The notes under the pieces were generated by a model, which saw only the letters and a list, made by a program, of their open reading frames with translations, was not told where the DNA came from and searched no databases. A DNA stretch of 64,000 bases from Ignavibacteriaceae bacterium. GTDB lineage: Bacteria; Bacteroidota; Ignavibacteria; Ignavibacteriales; Ignavibacteriaceae. The stretch covers positions 96,384 to 160,383 of the forward strand of contig JBAQCL010000074.1 of assembly GCA_049294175.1 (NCBI GenBank), written 5' to 3'. Positions 60,143-64,000 of this stretch are shown piece after piece (the stretch's first letter is position 1; every line of letters begins with the position of its first letter). Made by a program: the position numbers and the translations under genes.

Positions 60143-60586
60143 ATGAAAGTTATATTAAGACGAGACCACGAGACTTTAGGAAAAATTGGTGATCTTGTAG
60201 ATGTTAAGAATGGTTATGCCAGAAATTTTCTTCTTCCAAGAGGAATTGCTTACGCAGCGCTTGATGGAAATATTAAAGCGCTTGAAGAAGAAAAAAAATC
60301 AGTTGAGAAACGAAACTTGCAGGACCTTAAGGCTGCTGAATCTTTGGCAACTGAACTGGAAACTGTTTCTGTTACAATTCCTGTTCAAGTTGGAGAAGAA
60401 GATAAAATTTTCGGAACAGTTACAACTCAAATGATTGCTGATGCTCTAAAGGAAAAAGGTCACGAAATTGATAAAAGAAAAATCGAAATCGAAGAACCGA
60501 TTAAATCACTTGGAATATACGGAGTTAGTGTAAAGCTTCATCAGAGTGTTAATGCTAAAATTAAAGTGTGGGTTGTTCGAGAGTAG
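60143..60586 (+). CDS. rplI: 50S ribosomal protein L9
   Basis: MKVIL...LGKIGDLVDVKNGYARNFLLPRG. Confidence 0.95.
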   Translation: MKVILRRDHETLGKIGDLVDVKNGYARNFLLPRGIAYAALDGNIKALEEEKKSVEKRNLQDLKAAESLATELETVSVTIPVQVGEEDKIFGTVTTQMIADALKEKGHEIDKRKIEIEEPIKSLGIYGVSVKLHQSVNAKIKVWVVRE

Positions 60587-60604
60587 TATTGAGTTCTTTA
60601 AAAC

Positions 60605-60637
60605 TAAAAAAGGGAATCGTAATTGATTCCCTTTTTT
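60605..60637. terminator. bidirectional intrinsic terminator between convergent rplI and rpmB
   Basis: AAAAAAGGGAATC (60605-60617) pairs with GATTCCCTTTTTT (60624-60636). Confidence 0.8.
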
Positions 60638-60655
60638 TATTATCTAAAAATTAAA

Positions 60656-60895
60656 CTATCTAACTTTAATTTTATTATCCGTTATCAGCTTTGCAATATG
60701 AGCAGTGCCTTTTTTATTGATAGTTTTAATTGCACTAGTTGAAAGTTTTAGTGTAACAAATTTATTTAATTCCTGAACCCAAACTCTTTTCTTTTGAAGA
60801 TTAGGAAGAAATCTGGCTTTTGTTTTATTATGTGCGTGTGAAATACTACTTCCAGCTACCGGTCCTACACCAGTTACTTGACATCTTCTAGCCAT
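60656..60895 (-). CDS. rpmB: 50S ribosomal protein L28
   Basis: MARRCQVTG......G...SHA.NKTK..F.PNLQ pattern. Confidence 0.95.
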   Translation of the reverse strand: MARRCQVTGVGPVAGSSISHAHNKTKARFLPNLQKKRVWVQELNKFVTLKLSTSAIKTINKKGTAHIAKLITDNKIKVR

Positions 60896-61125
60896 TATTT
60901 TTAGCTCCTTAATATTATAATCTTACATTTTAAGAACTACAAATATATGAAAATCAATCAAAAAAAATAAAATTATTCTGATTAATTTTCTATCTTATTT
61001 GTAATAAAATTAAATAATTGAGGTTAGCAACAAATATTAACCTGCCGCACTTGATTATCTGCATATAAAAGCATTCTTTTGTACACCAAGAGCAAAACAC
61101 TAAGATTTTTGAGAAAGGAAGACAT

Positions 61126-61737
61126 ATGGAATTTTATGAATTACACCCCGAAAATCCGCAGCAAAGATATATTAATAAAGCGGTTGATGTTCTTAAAGCC
61201 GGAGGAATCATTATTTTTCCCACAGATACATATTATGGATTAGGTTGTGATATTTTCAATAGAGAGGGAATTGAGCAGATATTTCGTATTAAGAACGAGA
61301 TGGATAATAAATTATTTAGCTTTATCTGTTCAGATTTGAAGGATATTTCCCACTATGCAAAAGTATCTGATTATGCCTACAGAACCATGAAACATTTGTT
61401 ACCTGGTCCATATACTTTTATTCTGCCTGCTGCTAAAGTTGTTCCTAAAAAACTATGGACAAAAAGAAAAACGGTAGGTATTCGGGTGCCGGATCATTCT
61501 GTAACTATCCAGATTGTAAAAGAGCTTGGAAACCCAATTGTAAGTACAAGTACCACAACACGAAAAGGCGAACCGGTTATTGATCCCTATGAGATTAGAA
61601 ATATTTTTAACTCTCAGGTTGATTTAATGCTCGCATCAAATAATATAAAATTTAAACCTTCAAGTGTAATAGATTTAAGCAGCGAAGAACCTGAAATAAT
61701 CAGAGAAGGTGCCGGCGATGTGAGTTTATTCAAATAG
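61126..61737 (+). CDS. tsaC: L-threonylcarbamoyladenylate synthase (YrdC/TsaC family)
   Basis: 203-aa YrdC domain with PTDTYYGLGCD, GPYTFIL and VGIRVPDH. Confidence 0.85.
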   Translation: MEFYELHPENPQQRYINKAVDVLKAGGIIIFPTDTYYGLGCDIFNREGIEQIFRIKNEMDNKLFSFICSDLKDISHYAKVSDYAYRTMKHLLPGPYTFILPAAKVVPKKLWTKRKTVGIRVPDHSVTIQIVKELGNPIVSTSTTTRKGEPVIDPYEIRNIFNSQVDLMLASNNIKFKPSSVIDLSSEEPEIIREGAGDVSLFK

Positions 61738-61756
61738 TGTGTTTCATAAGTTTATT

Positions 61757-61787
61757 AAAAAAGGAGGAAGCAATTCCTCCTTTTTTT
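61757..61787. terminator. bidirectional intrinsic terminator between convergent tsaC and the SDR gene
   Basis: GGAGGAA (61763-61769), loop GCAA, TTCCTCC (61774-61780), flanked by an A-run and a T-run. Confidence 0.75.
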
Positions 61788-62556
61788 ATTTTCTAAAAAC
61801 TTGAGTTGATGAAGCTTGCTGCAGTGGAGTGATTATAACTTCATTTATATTTACATTTTGAGGTCTGGTTGCACAAAACACAATTGCCTCTGCAACATCC
61901 TTGGGAAATAAAGGCGTTATTCCTGTATAAACTTTTTCGGCTCTTTCTTCATCACCCGAAAATCTTACTTTACTAAATTCAGTATAAACCATTCCGGGAT
62001 CAACGCTACTGACTTTTATCCCTTTATCCAGCATATCTAATCTGAAAGATTGTGTAAGGGAATTGACCGCAAACTTTGTTGCAGCGTAAACATTTCCGTA
62101 AGTATAAACTTCATGTCCGGCTGTTGAGCCAATATTTATAATATGACCCATCTGCCTTTTAACCATTATTGGTGAAACAACTCTTGTAATGTTTAATAAA
62201 CCTTTTATGTTGGTATCAATCATTTCATCCCAATCGGAAAGCTTACCTTCATAGACTTTATCAAAACCACGAGCTAAGCCAGCATTGTTTATTAAGATAT
62301 CTATCTCTTTCCATTCTTTCTCAAGTTGATTGAATTTTTTTTCAACATCATCAAAGTCCCGTACATCCGCTTTTAAAATTTTAACTTTTACATCAAACTC
62401 TTTCTCCAGCATACTTGCAGTTTTTTTAAGTTTTTCATTTCTTCTTGCTACAAGAATTAAGTTTGCTTTTAGCTTAGCAAACTCAATAGAACATGCTTCT
62501 CCAATTCCGGATGAAGCACCGGTAATTAAAACTAATTTACCTTCAATACTTTGCAT
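61786..62556 (-). CDS. SDR-family NAD(P)-dependent oxidoreductase (YdfG-like)
   Basis: TGASSGIG, NNAG and YxxxK (YAATK) motifs. Confidence 0.85.
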   Translation of the reverse strand: MQSIEGKLVLITGASSGIGEACSIEFAKLKANLILVARRNEKLKKTASMLEKEFDVKVKILKADVRDFDDVEKKFNQLEKEWKEIDILINNAGLARGFDKVYEGKLSDWDEMIDTNIKGLLNITRVVSPIMVKRQMGHIINIGSTAGHEVYTYGNVYAATKFAVNSLTQSFRLDMLDKGIKVSSVDPGMVYTEFSKVRFSGDEERAEKVYTGITPLFPKDVAEAIVFCATRPQNVNINEVIITPLQQASSTQVFRK

Positions 62557-62577
62557 TACTATCCTTCAATTATTTTG

Positions 62578-63606
62578 TTAGAAAATTCCGGGAAGAACTT
62601 GTTTACATTTCCCGCATTTGTTTTCATCTAAATTTATTTTTTTTGTTGAATGCCAATTTCTTTCTATTAGTAAACTTCCGCAATTTGAGCAATAAGTTGA
62701 CTGATTTTTTTTATCGTTTACGTTTCCTACGTAACAATACTTTATGCCTGTAGATTCGGCAATATTTTTTGCTCTTATTAAAGTCGAGTGAGGAGTTGAG
62801 ATTTTATCCAGCATTTTAAAATCCGGATGAAAGGCTGTAAAATGTAATGGCACATCTTCACCAAGATTTTCAACGATCCAGGCACATTCATTTTTTAATT
62901 CTTCATCAGAATCATTTTCTTCTGGTATTAAAAGTGTAGTTATTTCAACCCACACGTTTGTTTCATGTTTTAACCAAAACAATGTATCTAAAACATCTTT
63001 GAGATGAGAGAAAGTATTTTTGTAATAAAACCGTTCAGTAAATCCTTTAAGATCAACATTTGCTGCATCAATAAACTTATAGATTTCTTTTCGTGCTTCT
63101 TTATCAATATAACCGGCAGTAACCATTACGGTTTTAATGTTTTCCAATTGTGCTATTTTAGAAATATCAATTACATATTCTCCAAAAATTGTTGGATCAT
63201 TGTATGTAAATGCTATTGACGGAGTTGAATATTTTTTTGCGAGTTGGACAACATCTTCAGGTGTGGCAGTAAATGAGTTTACTTCATCTAACTTTGCTTT
63301 GCTGATAGACCAATTTTGACAGAACTTACATCCCAGATTACATCCGGCTGTTCCAAAACTTAAAACAGATGTACCCGGAAGAAAATGATTGAGAGGTTTT
63401 TTCTCAATTGGATCAATTCCAAAACCGGTAGGCTTGCCATATCCAAGTGAATAAAGTTTGCCATTGATATTTTGGCGGATATAACAAAATCCGGGTTGTC
63501 CTTTGCCAATTTCGCAATAGCGCGGGCAAAGAGTGCAAAGAATTTTTCCCCTTTCATTTGTTTGCCACCACCGTGCTTCTTTTAAATTGGAATTAATCAT
63601 TATCAC
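62578..63606 (-). CDS. amrS: AmmeMemoRadiSam-system radical SAM enzyme
   Basis: N-terminal Cys cluster (CTLCPRYC), the radical SAM CNLGCKFC motif and a C-terminal CSNCG...CGKC. Matches my recollection of TIGR04337. Confidence 0.8.
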   Translation of the reverse strand: MIMINSNLKEARWWQTNERGKILCTLCPRYCEIGKGQPGFCYIRQNINGKLYSLGYGKPTGFGIDPIEKKPLNHFLPGTSVLSFGTAGCNLGCKFCQNWSISKAKLDEVNSFTATPEDVVQLAKKYSTPSIAFTYNDPTIFGEYVIDISKIAQLENIKTVMVTAGYIDKEARKEIYKFIDAANVDLKGFTERFYYKNTFSHLKDVLDTLFWLKHETNVWVEITTLLIPEENDSDEELKNECAWIVENLGEDVPLHFTAFHPDFKMLDKISTPHSTLIRAKNIAESTGIKYCYVGNVNDKKNQSTYCSNCGSLLIERNWHSTKKINLDENKCGKCKQVLPGIF

Positions 63607-64000
63607 ATAATTTCAAATCGTGACCAGTTAACTCTACTTTTTTCTGAGTAAGGTGCTCCGGCTGTAAATATAACTAAATCACCTTTTTTTACTAATCCGC
63701 AATTAAGTATTAATTCTTTTGCATCATCAATTGCGATATGTTCTTTATCAAAATTTTCTCTATAAACAGAAGTTACGCCCCATCTAAGGCTGAGATTATT
63801 CATTGTTTCAAAGCTGTTTGATATGGCGATAATACGAGCCTGAGGTTTGTACTTTGATAAAATTCTGGCTGTTCTTCCTCTGAAAGTAAAAACAACAATT
63901 GCTTTTGCATTAATCTGTTTACTCATTTCAACAATAGAACGCCCAATTGAATCAAACAAATTTTCCTGAAGATCTTTTGGATTTATATAATTAATGTTTC
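63603..64000 (-). CDS. pyk: pyruvate kinase, C-terminal alpha/beta domain (5' part outside window)
   Basis: The frame is open to the window edge. AIVVFTFRGRTARILSKYKPQARIIAIS...RWGV is the PK C-terminal domain. The stop overlaps the amrS start by 4 nt. Confidence 0.8.
   Translation of the reverse strand, partial: NINYINPKDLQENLFDSIGRSIVEMSKQINAKAIVVFTFRGRTARILSKYKPQARIIAISNSFETMNNLSLRWGVTSVYRENFDKEHIAIDDAKELILNCGLVKKGDLVIFTAGAPYSEKSRVNWSRFEIM

Overview
AT-rich chromosomal segment (roughly one-third G+C by eye, not computed). By inference only, it best fits an Ignavibacteria-like member of the FCB superphylum: it has a T9SS C-terminal sorting tail (NYPNPFNP), a fused lpxC-fabZ, split hldA/hldC, and canonical TTGACA/TATATT promoters. 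The window is almost entirely coding (about 55 genes) and mostly housekeeping. Central metabolism genes are prfC (partial), eno, glnA, tdh-kbl, fumC, ilvE, prs, hppA and pyk (partial). A large outer-membrane/LPS biogenesis block runs uppS-bamA-skp-skp-lpxD-lpxC/fabZ-lpxA ... hldA-hldC-tamB-rnr, followed by an Omp85-family giant. There is also a translation cluster: rplY-pth, rpsF-ssb-rpsR-rplI and rpmB. I saw no rRNA, tRNA, CRISPR array, integrase or transposase. The accessory or unusual content is small. (1) A 474-bp cassette after fumC carries a GxxExxY/PD-(D/E)XK-like gene with an in-frame TGA, bracketed by 8-bp perfect inverted termini and helically phased ACWGAG hexamers. (2) An apparent three-gene lexA operon (lexA, a stand-alone WYL-like mini-protein, and an Mrr-cat-like ORF) sits behind a consensus promoter overlapped by two 18-bp direct-repeat candidate operators. 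(3) An EcoRV-family R-M pair lies in R->M order. (4) A 1056-aa Omp85-type barrel has its POTRA region replaced by an HExxH domain plus PD40 propellers, two genes downstream of an orphan tamB. None of these is demonstrably a new system from sequence alone. The lexA-WYL-nuclease-like module and the phased-repeat GxxExxY cassette are the best candidates for follow-up.
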